A stretch of DNA of 64,000 nt, from assembly GCA_020891255.1 (NCBI GenBank), contig BQFW01000001.1, forward strand, positions 434,001 to 498,000, in the 5' to 3' direction. Position numbers and translations under genes: made by a program. This document shows, one piece after another, positions 35,343-48,440 of this stretch (position 1 is its first letter; each line of letters begins with the position of its first letter). This DNA is from Entomortierella parvispora E1425. Its lineage: Eukaryota; Fungi; Mortierellomycota. The notes beneath the pieces are model-generated. The model did not search any database. It was not told where the DNA came from and saw only the letters and a program-made list of their open reading frames with translations.

Positions 35343-38300
35343 TCATTTAGAATATGGGTACAACGCCATCTGTTGGACAGCCTTGAAGACTGATGATATT
35401 CTATCCTGATTGTTGCTACCATCTGAAGCAAGTTGGAGTTGCAGCTCGCCTTGCTCAGTGTAGAGACACAATCCATTGTCGCATGCCTGTAAAGACATAA
35501 CATTACTGCAGCTGTAATGAAACAAGTGGTGGTTAAAAAGACAAAATATCTCATCTTCTGATAGGATTGGGAGTAACCTGAACAGCGATGGGCTATGACA
35601 TCCAAGAATCTCTGAAACATAGGATGGAACTTTTTTCTCGTCTTCATTGACCATGGCGACGAGGGAACGGATGGCTGTTGACTCGATTGAAGACTGCCTG
35701 CCTGAAGCTGATACCGCTGCAGATCTGGCAAACATATCATGATCTTTGAGTGCAGAGATGAGGGACTGAACGGCTGATTCTGAAAGCGAAGGCTGATCGC
35801 TTAATATAGATGCCGATAAAGACCTGGCTTCCCAGTCATCATCCTTAAGTCCAGCAATGAGGGCTTGGATAGCTGATTCCGGTAACGAAGGCTGCTTGCC
35901 AAGTGCCAATGCGACTGAAGTCCTGACTTGTTCATTGTCATTCTTGAGAGTGGCGATGAGGAACTGGATGGTTGACTCCGGCAAAGAAGACTGTTTGCCT
36001 AATATTAACGCAGCTGAAGACCTGACTCTTTTATCGTCATCCTTGAGTGTTTCCATGAGGGATTGGATGACTGACTCCGACAAAGATGACTGTTTTCCTA
36101 ATGCCTCTGCTGCTGAAGACCTGACGTCTTTATCATCCTTGAGTGCGGTGACGAGGGCATGGACAGCTGGTTCCGACAATGAAGAATGCCTGCCTAATGC
36201 CCGTACTACTGAAGACCTGACATCGCATTCATCATCCTTGAGTTTAGCGATAAGGGACTGAATGGCTGACTCCGACAAAGAATTATGGTTGCCTAATGCC
36301 GATGCCGCTGAAGACCGGACTCTTTTATCATCATCTTTGAGTGTGGTGACGAGGGACTGTATAGCTGATGCCGACAACGAAGACTGCTTGCCTAATGCCT
36401 CTGCTGCTGAAGACCTGACGTTTTTATCTTTATCCTTGAGTGCTGCAATGAGAGACTCGATCGATGATTTAGGGAGCGAAGACTGGTTGCCTAATGCCGA
36501 TGCTGCTGAAGACCGGACTTTTTTATCATCATCTTTGAGTGCGGTGACGAGGGACTGTATAGCTGATGCCGACAACGAAGACTGCTTGCCTAACGCCGAT
36601 GCTGCTGAAGACCTGACTTTTTTATCTTTATCCTTGAGTGCTGCAATAAGGGACTCGATTGATGATTTAGGGAGCGAAGACTGACCGCGTAATATCAATG
36701 CTGCTGAAGACTTGATATTCCAGTCGTCACCCTTTGTAACGACAGACTCGATATATGATGTCGGCAACGAAGACTGCCTGTCTAATGCCGACGCTGCTGA
36801 AGACCTGACAAATTTCTTGTCGTCCTTGAATGTGGCAATGAGGGACTGTATGGCTGATTCCGGTAATGCAGACTGCTTGCACAAAATTGATACTGCTGAA
36901 GACCTGAAGATTATATCGTCATCCTTGAATTTGGATATGAGGAACTGGATAACTGACTCCGGTAATGAAGAATGATAATCTCTTAATGTCTCTACTGCTG
37001 ACCATTGGATAGTTAGGTTGTCATCGTTGAGTGCGGTGATGAGGGGATGGATAGCCAATTCCGGCAACGGAGACTCGAGGCCTAATTCCTCTACTGCTGA
37101 AGACCTAACGTATTCATCCTCATCGTCATCCTTATGGAGATGAGGGACTGGATGATCGATTCTGACAATATGGAGCGAGACCCTAAAGTGCGTATGAGCG
37201 ACATCTTGTTCCATTTACATCGCGTCGAACGTAATGCTTCAACTAGAAGCGCCTCAGGGAATGACAATTGAATGCCCAGCAAGCTTGGGACCTCTAAATC
37301 TTCACGCACATGTATTTCCAGGTGCAGCCACCGCACGAGCTCGGACTCATATGCAGCTACGACCGCTGAGTCCAATCGTGTCCGCGCCTCATTCAGGCAA
37401 GCAGTCAATATCTGCTGGTGGCGTCCTCCTATCAAATCACGCGGCTCTCCTTGGAGCCGTTCGAAGAAACCAATCAATGGATCTCCTTCCAATAGTCCCG
37501 CCACCATCAACCATACAATCTCATATTGAGGGTTGTATTTGTGGCGGTGAAGAAAGGCTGTCATTTCCTCTGTAGTCATCATTCCAGCGGCAGAACATGG
37601 TTGCTGGGGTTGAAAATGACGGACGATCCACGTTGCTGCAAAAAACTCCTGGAATGTGAGATGCAGGAAATGCCAGGCTTGTCGAGAACTGCGGTTTTTG
37701 AGATCCAAAGTTGAATCCGCTGTATGTAAAAACGATGTTTCTTTCATGGCTTCGACGAGGTGGGTAGGCGAAAGTTGTTGGCTATTTGTTGTAGAGTCCT
37801 TCAGATCTCGAAATGCGGATCGTAGGTCTTTTTCCTCAAACTCGATTTGGTGCTGGTTGGTCATGCCTTTGAAAGCAAGATATCCAAGATGCTGTAGCTC
37901 AGTCGCCATCAACTCATCGATTTCCTCGGGCTCATAATCGTGAATTTGTCGCTCAGTCAGCCCCATGCCACCGGCAGTCTTCTTGAGTCGAAGGGCATCC
38001 TTGCACCAAAGCTTCCGTACCATCAATTGATACAGTCCTGTCATGGTGATGGCCATGCCATCTCCTGGAAGTGAATCCCAGCTGTAACAAATCACGTCGA
38101 GCTGTACCGGAATATTGACAAGTCCCTGGATCAATGGCGTTTGTTGAATGAACTCTTGGACTCTTCTCGCGGGCTCGGGATCCAGTACCTTCAATACAAA
38201 GTCTTTGACATTCTGCTGACTAAACCCCACAGTTTCCAGCTCCAGATCGATTGTCGGCAATAATTTTCTGTCCAAACCAGACGGCCGCGAAGTGATGATG

Positions 38301-41098
38301 ACATGCTGTTGCCCGAGCAACATCTTTAGAAATGGTCTGAAGGTATCGCTTTCATCCCCGCCTGTGTCCGTTACAATCTCATCCAGACCATCCAAGATGA
38401 AAAGAACCTTTCCTTTCTGAGCGCAAAATGCAAGGGCTTTGGCCAGTACAACCTGTTCTTGGTGGAGGTCCTGAGCAATAAAGACTTTCTCGAGGAACAG
38501 TTTCTCTAAGCTGCGACTCTTGAGTCCTTTGAGGTTGCGCAGTGGAAGCCGCAATATGACGTCGAACAGATCTCGCCATAGGCCATTCTGGTGCGCATGA
38601 ACAAGTTTCTTGCACAGCGTTGATTTTCCAATGCCTGCTCGACCTTGGACCAAGATCCTGTTAGGAGTATCTTCCCTGCCGTCGCGTAGTCTGCGCTTGC
38701 TGAAGAGCTGTTCCAATGGGATCAACGACTGGGTATCAGTGTCAAGTACTCTTTCGGTGTTAGTCATCCGATGAAAGGTAGCTGCCTTCTTTTGAAGATC
38801 CTCCTTTTCCTTCTGTCGATGTTCTGGCGCCCCAACAATTGCGAGATTGACAAAGCATGACTCCAGATCCAGTTCGTCTCCTGAAACTCTCAGGATAGAA
38901 AGATCTGGTTCATGATAGATCCTGAGAGCCGAATGAATGTCGCCAAGATTTGGAATTGGAGCATTGTCTGGTAGAGCCCCAATCTTTACATGTCGAACGT
39001 ATCGATCCTGAACGGCTTTTAATAGTCTGGTCGTTGGGTTAGAATCTAGATCCATGAATTTGATCCAAATTGGCGAATGGTGGTCGGCAAATGCCTTTAG
39101 GTTTGTATTCTGCTTTCTGATTTCTTCCAATAGTGTGTTGGCGGCTATACAAAAATCGAGAAAAATCAACAGTGTCAGGACCAGAATACTGTGGTAGGTC
39201 ACTGGTTGGTAATCTTGGGTATAGAAATGCCGCTTATGACTGACATACCTTCAAAGTGCGCGTCGTTGCGAGATGTCACAATAGTGAGCATGTCAAAGAT
39301 GACCTGGTCAACCTCTGTCTTCCGATCCCAAAGTGAAATGTCCTTGTAGAGTACTCCAATGAAGGCAACTGCCTCTTGCCGTACCTCAAAGCCCCATCGG
39401 CTATCAGTCACAAACTGTCCAAGCAGCTGGCAGATTCCCCACTGAAACATAAGATCGTGTCGGCACGGTGCGGTTGTTACCAGAGTCCTGAACTCTACTA
39501 GCCTTCCAGTCTCAATATATGACTCAGCCTTGCGAATAGCCCGGTACCAGGCGCTCCTGAATTTCAGACCCTCCTTCACTGTGAATGTTGGGGTACCATT
39601 TCCTTTGATTGCACTATCCATGGTAGCCTTAAGATTCCCGATACCTGATTTGCCAGCTTTGTAAAGTTTTTCCAGGCTTTCGAGCGTCTCCTTCAGCTCC
39701 TTCGGATCAGGCAGTTTGACCAGTCCTGCTCCAATATTCAATATAAGCCAGAATCGTCGAAATCCCGCGTGCCAAATATCTTCATCGTCAGAAATATTGA
39801 GCAGTGCCTGCGCGGCATACTTGACTTGGAAAGTCAGGTATGGGTGATCACTTGACTCTGAGTCTCGAAGGAATTCTGTCAATGGTCCATGAAGGTTGAT
39901 GCGGTCGATATTTCCGATATGAGCATCCACCATCGCATCCAAAACTCGCGAGGTAGCAAGTAGCAGGGGATATAGATGCTCTGCTGAGCGATTGGGCCGG
40001 AGTCGTTTTTTCAGGCACTGCAGAATTGTCTCAAGGTCATCCGAGTTGATGGATCCTGGGGTAGCTCCGAGAATCGCCTTAGCCAGCCCATACAGTGCAT
40101 CCAAATCCATCATCTCGGACTTGTTCAGAGTGTCGATGAAGGTTTTGATGAGAAATCGCGAGTGGTCTCTGTTGAGCACAGGAGCCAATTGGACAACCTC
40201 GGCCACAGCAGCCGAGTCCTTCCTGGTATCTTCAGAAAACAGCTCTAGGACATGAACAGCCATGGACTCCAAGCGTGTCTTCTCGTCCGAGTTATTCAAG
40301 GTGTCGAGTCGCCACTTGAGTGCCTCTGCAGAGAGATCGTCATCTTCAACTGACGGCTGCAGCAGTGCGAGGCAATAGGCGAGTTGGTGAATGGTTTGTA
40401 ATGGCTCGTCAAGACGAGCAAGCGAGTAGGTGGCGGGTTCAGGTTTCACATTCTTGCTAAAGAACGATGGGCAGCCCAAGGCCGCATTAACCGCCGCAAT
40501 CGAGATAGCTGACTGAGAGGAATGATGCGATGGCTGCCGTGGAGCTAAGGCAGTGTCATCATTTTTTGCGGCAGAAGTGGTGAAAAATGACGAAGGAGCG
40601 GCGGTGCTGCTTTTCGTCGCTGAAGAGTTCCAATGTGCGACTCCTCCTTGAGCGATTGCCGGAGAGAACCCCGGTCCCATAAAAGATGGCGCGATAGTCG
40701 CGTCATGGATTCTCATCCTCTCATCCCTTGCTTGCCTAACGGAAGTACAGCTTGCCTGTTTAGCACAGATAGAGGGACTCACAAGAAGTAGCTACCCAAT
40801 ACTCATAAAAAAATAGAAAATAAACTTACCTCAGAGCGTCAGCTTTCTGTCTGCACTTTATAGCTTTCTCCTGTGGGTTTTTTCCAGAGCTGTCCAGCAC
40901 CATGGCAAGGTCCAGGTACACAACAATCATCTCCTCTAGATCCGTCATGTCTGCTGTCATGGCATTGACTTTGACGAGCGCGTGCTTTGCATTCCGATAG
41001 TGCTTGAGGACCTTGTGTTCAGAGCCTCTAGCTTTTCGAGCCTCCTCAGTACAGGCCTTTGCCTTTTCTATAGCCTCTTGTGCATTGATCCGCAGCAT
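35343..41098 (-). pseudogene. NLR-like gene 2: same architecture, ~16 HEAT repeats; frameshift at first repeat
   Basis: Exons 41098-40830, 40735-39249 and 39144-35343. GRAGIGKST and LFILDGLDE present. Frame changes near 37128-37140 (SLISI / KDDDEDEYVRSSA). Confidence 0.85.
35610..37140 (-). repeat. Coding HEAT repeat array, NLR2
   Basis: About 16 units of ~33 aa. Alternating near-duplicates LKDKDKxVRSSA / LKDDDKxVRSSA. Confidence 0.9.
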
Positions 41099-41861
41099 GC
41101 TGGGCTTCTACTAAGCTGTACGCAGAATGCGATCAGAAGCTGTCCTCACATGTAGACCTCGGTAGTTTGTAGACATAGTGCTGGTACCTTTTGGGCTGCT
41201 GTATAACTCGGTTCCCAATAACTAGACGTTTATGAAACAGCGGCGATGATGAGGTTGTTAAGGTGGAAGGGACAACGTCGATTTTGAAGTGGGTGATGTT
41301 GTGATCGAAGAGTGAAAATGGAAAATGTAGAAAAGAAAGGAAGGAGGAGTCGTCCGTTTCCTTGTCCTTATCTCCCACGACACCGCCTGGTCAGTGGTCG
41401 TGAGCATTCACAATTTGTCCGTGTTGGCAAAGCAAAAGTGGGGGAAACACTTGTGCGACGCGGTCATCCTGCTTTGCCTTTGCTTCGCCATTGTTGTCGT
41501 CGCGGTTGGCTTCTGCAGCGCGATAACAATAAGGGCCTCCGGTGGTCGTTTTCTCTCACGGCCAGGAAACGCGTTTCTGGAATATACTAGGAGACGCCAA
41601 CGATGAAGATGATGGGGCTTGATGAGCGCGCATGGAGTGCATGGGATGCAGTGGGAGAGGGCAGAGTCCAGTTTGGTGGCGTCAATCTGTTGTATGGATA
41701 ACTGATGATGATATCCTTTGGCAAGTATCCCTCCTTTGCACTCCAGATGAGCATGCCAGACATCGATTCCGACAGTGTCGTCTCTCCAGGGTTCCAGCGA
41801 GATCGGCGCAAACAGGGAGAGGCAAGAAGGCGCCGCCAGTGAAGCATGGGTGGCGATCCTT

Positions 41862-42169
41862 TGTTGATGGCCAGGACGGTACGATACACCCTTAAGTAGA
41901 ACCACTATATGTAGTTGCTCGCACGGCGCGGCTCTCTGCTCTTTATCCGTCTTATTCCACATTGATCGATACTGACAGAGGCCAGCACGGCGACCCTTAG
42001 GTAGAGCAGCCATCTCATTATTTATTATTACCAATACATGATCCGTCTTATTCCACATTGATCGATACTGACAGAGGCCAGCACGGCGACCCTTAGTCTG
42101 ATTCTCACTCGTCACCTAGGATTGCCATATCCCGCACAGCGCCCCTCAAGCCTGCCCCCGTACGCAACA
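41862..42169 (-). mobile_element. Solo LTR, family B (second copy)
   Basis: Reverse complement of 3996-4303 with 5 substitutions. 4-bp TSD CCTT (41858-41861, 42170-42173). Confidence 0.9.
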
Positions 42170-42953
42170 CCTTCAAGGATCAGGCGAAATCACGTGTTCA
42201 TCTCGATCGATCTTTGCTTTCGTCCACTTTAATCTCGCGTCCCTCCACTCGCATCACATTGCATCAACGCACTCCCTCCCACTAGCTTCCACTCTTCCTC
42301 TCAATCTCCCTCCACTCGGCCTCCAATCAGTCTCTCCTCCACTCTCGTATGGTCGAACATCAGGACCATCCATGCCCTGGATCTTTCCACGATGTCATGC
42401 CCTTTGCTCCCACCCCGTTGCGCGCATGTCTTCTTCCCTGCATGGCTGTCAATACGCCTGGACTGACACCATCAGATGCACTTGTGCCACTACGCCTCAA
42501 TCCATGCGGTCATTGACCAACAATTTGAGGTCTGCAGCAGACACCAGGACTGCCATTGGCAGCAATCTCAAAGTGCAAACTTCTGGGATGCACCTGATCG
42601 TGTCATTGTCAACGACGCAAAAGGACAGGGCACTGTGATTAGCGCTAGTCCTTTCCTACTTTCGGGACGAATGGCATGGACCGCGGGCGGTTGACAGGCA
42701 TGAATGAAAGTGGATCAACCTCAATGCACCTCGCGACAACATGGACCTGAGGGGATTCGCCTACCTCATGGACCCCCACCGTCACTAGACGAAATGTTGG
42801 CTGCGGTTGCCTCAGCACCGTTGAGTAAAGGCACCATTGGCAGGCATCCCAGCCGGTCAGCTCCCTAGCAATTGAGATATCGGATTTGTGCCCATGTCGG
42901 CTTTCTCCATGCTCTTCCTGCATCCCCAAAGGCTCTTGCTGGGCAAGTTGGAG

Positions 42954-43016
42954 TGCACTCACTGCAAACTCATTCTGACCGACAAAAGTGCCTTTAAGAA
43001 ACACAACTTGGGACAC
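42954..43016 (+). other. Isolated C2H2 zinc-finger motif in a degenerate coding region
   Basis: CTHCKLILTDKSAFKKHNLGH matches C-x2-C-x12-H-x3-H. Surrounding frames are broken. Confidence 0.4.
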
Positions 43017-44879
43017 AAATGTGAAGGGGGTAAGTGGTGGTACTGGACTATGTTGTTTGAATTTGTTGCTTGCTCTTTTTCTAACTGCTCCTGTATGGAT
43101 AGCTTGCCTTTTTCTTCAAAAGGCCGAGAGAATCACTTTTTGATCTTGGAGTTGAACGAGCCTCCATTGGTTTTTGTGCAACTTGACTTGCTGGAAAGCA
43201 GGAAAAAAAAGCTACTCTCCAAAGAGAACCAAAACGTGATTCTCTTTGACAAGCAAGAAAGGAAGCAGGACTATGGTCCTACCACAAAAAGTCGGTTCGG
43301 AAAACGAAGTTCTGGCGCTCGTTGAGCAAGAAAAGCAAGTTGTCAGAAGGTGGCGGGTAAAAAAGCAAAGAGACCCAAATCATCGTCCCCCAGGCAAGTT
43401 GAAGCTGCAGGTAAAGTCCGCCCTTTCCTGCAGAAAGAAAAGAGTCGCCTGTTTTTCTTGTTTGTCATTCTCCTAACCTTCATCCAGCTTTTTTCTAACT
43501 ATACGAGGATCCGTACATGGCCCTTGCAAAGACTTATCTCGCGGAGCAATAGGGAAATGCAGGACAGGCGAACTCACAGATCTATCGAGATCTTCACCAT
43601 GCCCCTCGTTTTCAGAGTCGCCGCAATTCAGGAAGATGGCTGTCGGGGTACGGTGTCAGAGGAAACGAAGCTGCCAAAGTTTCTCTCGCCCCAGTGACAA
43701 TGCCAATCAGCATACCGGCATACCATTCAGATCCCGCATTGGAGCAACAACCAAAAAACGCGATTTTGATGAGGCTGTATGAACTTCGAGAGAAGAGGAT
43801 GTAAAGAGGACAGTCTATGTGAGACTTGCTCTCCTCCTCCCTCTCCAGGTTTGGATACCTCATTGGCAAGGTCACCTTTCGCAGACTTAGTCCAGACACG
43901 GAGGTTATCAGGATCAACGAGTCTGTTTCTGGCCTTTTGAATGAGGGCTGGACCTTTCAACTGCAGTACTGCTTTGCCTGTGTACAAGCCCTTGTCGGTT
44001 CGATTCTTTTCCATTCAGCGGGAGCGTCGCACTGAGTCGTATAATGTATTGGAGACGTCGTCCATTTGTTTGGACATCGGTTCCGAAGGAGGTTCTACCG
44101 TATCATGTCCACTTGATACCGCCGAGGACTCCAATGTAGTTGGAATTTTCCTGGATTCTGAATCGATGGAAGAGGCCGGATTGTTTCTAATCGAAACATT
44201 CTTGGTCATCTGCGACAACCGCGGTCAAAATTTCATGATGCCACCACTTACTACTTGTGTCGAGCCTCTGGATACTTGATTAGGCACCATGTTGCCCAAC
44301 CATGTTCTTGCTTCATCCTCGTCAACTCTGATCAGTCACAGCCTGGAGATGGAGCCGAGTAGTATCCATCTTCAATACCCTCGCCACGGAATGCCATAGG
44401 AATTTTGGGAACAGGGTGGAGACAAGAAGTGATGTTTGTTCCACAGTGCTCAACACTTATTGTCACCATATTACTGTCAAACTACAATAAATCCCGGGCC
44501 TGTGGCTAGCTCGATTGATCCTTTCTGGAGTAGATCAGACACTTCAACACTTTGTCCAGCGTGTCCATGTCCTGTGCTGGATCCCGCGTCGACTTGCATG
44601 TCTGCGTCGATGGTGTAGACAGAAATATGATCTAGTATCCTTCCAGAACGATCTTTAGGATCTCCTTTGGCGCTTGAAGGTTTAGCCAGGAGCCGTATAA
44701 AATCCCACAGACGTTCCCCAACTATCGAGAGTTGTTCCCCTTTCCCCTGTCGACGGTTCTGAGTGCAGTTCCTGCGGTGCTGGTAATGACTAGCTGGGTG
44801 ACCGAGAGGTTTCTCTTCCCCTGGTCCTGTCTTCTTCCCACTTGAGAAAAGAAGACTGAGAATTCCTGTTGTCGCCAGA

Positions 44880-45130
44880 GTTGGAATTGCTGTTGCCTCC
44901 ATTGTTCCTGATTTTTGCATCCAGGAGTTGTTGGAGGACTTGGTTTTTTTTGGTCGTAAGGCCTCGGGGCTGACCAAGGGGCAGGGCACGTCCGTCTTGG
45001 GGAGACTCTTGTCCTGCCTGAGTAGTTGCACTCGTTGACCGTTGATCTGGCCTGCCAGGTCCTCCAACATGGCTCGAGGGGACAGCCACGAGCAAGTTTG
45101 CTAGTTTCAAGAAATGAAATCCGACTTGGA
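44880..45130. repeat. Degenerate dispersed repeat, homologous to ~50240-50480
   Basis: Shared segments such as GCCTGAGTAGTT..CGTTGATCTGG.CTGCCAGGTCC and AAATCCGACTTGGACC.TGCACAA. Product not recognisable. Confidence 0.7.
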
Positions 45131-45239
45131 CCGTGCACAAGAGGACCCCAAAAACAAAAAAAAAAAAAAAAAAACAGCAGCGGGCTCAAATTGGGCGAAG
45201 CACGTATTACCTTGATTTGTCCCGCTGATCCCCCGCTTC

Positions 45240-48200
45240 TGTCTTCATCTCCCCAAGCTGCCATTCCTCCATTCCTCCTCCATGCACCCTTGCCAACATT
45301 CACTCCATCTCATTCAGTCATTGGCTCAATGCATCTCACGAATCACATGCCATGGCGTGTTTGACAGCACTTGCAAAGACCATTCAGATCCAAGACGACT
45401 GATCTCCTTCATAATTACTGCCTTCATTCACATACGAGGTCAACCTCAGTACGCAGCACAATGGATCTGATGCTCATTCATCACCAACTTGTACAGAAGT
45501 AAAAGTAGTTCAATATTTTGTCAAAATAAAGAGAGGAAACAAGATTTTTAATAGATTTCTTTGAAAGGGAGTACTATGGAAGGGAAGAGAGTGCGCTAGA
45601 AGTGGAAAAGAAGAGGAGAAGAGGGTGGTTTGGAAAAGAAAAGGTAAGTTTGAAAGAAAAAGAATGGTTTGTGAAGGGATAAAGTGAGTTGGGGAGAGCA
45701 GTACCAAGTCCCCAATGTTTGTTATAGATGCTGACGACTGCGTGCCATCACCACATCCCATCGGCAACATGGATTTGTGGAAGAAACAAAGAGCAGTACC
45801 AAGTCCCCGATGTTCGCTGACGACTCCAAGCCATCACCTCATCACATCGGCATCATGGATTACCGCCCACTATCCTAACTACACTAGGGCTAAACTAACT
45901 AGTCTAGAAGCGAAGGAAGGGGGGCGGAAGGACAGGTCGTTTTCTCTCTTGATTCTTGATTCTTGTTTCTTGATTCTTGTTTCTTGTTTCTTGGATGGTT
46001 GGCCCTAGACCAAAGAGGGAGCAAGGAGGCAACTGCGTTTGAGAGGCAGGCCAGGCGGTCTGGTGGCCGGAGCAGGTCTTGAGGGCCGAGGGCCATGAGA
46101 AGGCAGACAACTTTGAGGCCGAGGTTTGAGCTTGAAATGGAAGGCAAGTTTGCGGCCAACGACTTGAAAGGGCAGGCAGGTTTGCGGCCAACGACTTGAA
46201 AGGGCAGGCAGGTTTGCGGCCAGAGTCTTGGAAAGGCAGGCAGGTTTGTAGCCAGAATCTTGGAAAGGCAGGAAAGGTGGGCCGGGAGATCAAGACCATT
46301 GGGACCGGGGCCAAGGAGAGCAGGAGGGAAGCTGAAGAGCCAATGTCGTTGGACCGGAGGCACTTGTTGCTGGCCGAGGGGAGGATGGCAGCATGGTGGT
46401 GTGCGCTTTGTGTGCTTTGTGTGCTTTGTGTGCTTTGTGTGCTTTGTGTGCTTTGTGTGCTTTATGTGTGTGGAAAGGGAGTGAAGAGAAAATTGAGGAT
46501 TAGGAGCAAAAAAAAGAGGGGAATCGTGGGGGGTATTTGTATGAAAAGTGGACTGTTCGGATGGATTCTATCTGCTATCGCTTGTCGACTGCGGTCTCAG
46601 ATGCGATAGCAAAGTCGACTGGTCTTCCATGGACTTTGGTCCAAGAAAGATGTGATAGCGAGATAGCGACACCATGACATGAGAAGACAGTCCTTGCTAT
46701 CGGATGAGGGAATAAAGGAACGATACGGTCATTCAGGAAGGAGGGAAGGCGATTGGTCCGCCATCATCAAAGGGAGGAAGAATAAGTAAACAGACGCGTT
46801 GATTTTGGATGAAAGGAGGAAATAAGGGCAATGGATGAAAGCCACATGGACGACGACGCGTTTGTTTTCTTTTTTTTTTGTCAAATTTGAAAAACCAAAA
46901 AAAAAAAATTGGCTGAAATTCACCTTTCATGGCAAAATGTCGCGTCTGTTTTCACTTAACTTCTCTCATCACGATCGCGTCGCATGGGGACCAACCGACT
47001 TCAGTTCACTTATCCCTGTGGGAGAGGCGACTGCTTTTTCATACAAACACCCACCTTGACCCTCCACTTTTGCTCCTCATACTTCTTCCTCCCCTCTCAA
47101 ATACCCTTCCACACACACAAAGCACATAGAGCACACAAAAATACACACCGTCATGCCATCCTCCCCTCGGCCAGCAACAAGTGCCTCCGGTCCAACGACA
47201 TCGGCTCTTCAGCTTCCCTCCTGCCCTCCTTGGCCCCGGTCCCAATGGTCTTGATCTCCCGGCCCAGCTCTCCTGCCCTCCCAAGACTCTGGCGGCAAAC
47301 ATGCCTGCCTTTTCAAGTCTTTGGCCGCAAACGTGCCCGCCCTTTCAAGCTCAAGCCTCGGCCTCAAAGTTGTCTGCCTTCTCATGGCTTGACCTCGGCC
47401 CTCAAGACTGCCTTAGCCACAAGACCGCCTGCTCGCTTGCCCGCTCCGGCCCAAACCTCGGCCTCAAGGTCGTCTAACGTTTTCAGACTTGACCTTGGCC
47501 CTCAAGACTGCCTGGCCTGCCTTTCAAACGCAGTTGCCTCCCTGCCCTCTCTGGTCTTGGGCCCACCATCCAAGAAAAAAGAAACAAGAATCAAGAATCA
47601 AGAGAGAAAACTTCCTTTTCTTCCGTCCCCTTCCTTCGCTTCTAGACTAGTTAGTTTAGCCCTAGTGTAGTTAAGATAGTGGGTGGTAATCCATGATGCC
47701 GATGTGATGAGGTGATGGCTCAGAGTCGTCAGCGAACATCGGGGACTTGGTACTGCTCTTTGTTTCTTCCACAAATCCATGTTGCCGATGGGATGTGGTG
47801 ATGGCACGCAGTCGTCAGCATCTATAACAAACATCGGGAGACTTGGTACGCCAACTCACTTTATCCCTTCCACAAACCATTTCTTTTCTTCGAAACACCT
47901 GTTCTAGTCTTCTTTTCCACTTCCAAATCACTCTCTTCCACTTCCAAAGCACTCTCATCCCTTCCAAAGTACTCTATTCCCTTTCATAGTCTCCCTTTCA
48001 AAGTAATTTATTAAAATTCTTGTTTTCTCTCTTTACTTTTGACCAAAAAAAAAAAAAGAACTTCATAAAAAAGAAAAAAAACGAAAAAACAAGAAAAAAA
48101 AGACAAAGTTGGGGATGAATAAACATCAGATCCTTTGACCCTCTACTAAAGTTGACCTCATGTGTGAATGATATTGTCTGAACGGGAGTAAGGCAGCCAA

Positions 48201-48440
48201 GGCAACCATTTTGAAGTAGATCGGCCCTCTTGGACCTCAGTAGTCTACACAAGTGCTGTTAAAAGCGCCATGGCAAGAGAATGAGAGATGCATCGTGTCA
48301 ATGATTGAGAGATGGAGTGATGGAGTCAGTGCAAGGCAAATGTGCATGCATGCGCATGAATGAATGGTATGCTAGAAGAAGGATGGAGGAATGGAGAGAT
48401 GGAATAGAGGCATGGGGAGAAAGAACACCGAGGTGGACGC
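45240..48440. repeat. Large inverted repeat (arms ~45240-46548 and ~47034-48440) of an unclassified repeat family
   Basis: For example 45715-46000 is the reverse complement of 47560-47835. Arms contain nested 7-, 9- and ~33-bp tandem repeats. Confidence 0.85.
46400..46470. repeat. (TGTGTGCTT)n minisatellite
   Basis: About 7 copies of a 9-bp unit. Confidence 0.9.

Noticed and set aside
45866-45907. CTAACTACACTAGGGCTAAACTAACTAG as telomeric relic
   Set aside because: It is not a regular tandem repeat and is simply part of the dispersed repeat family.
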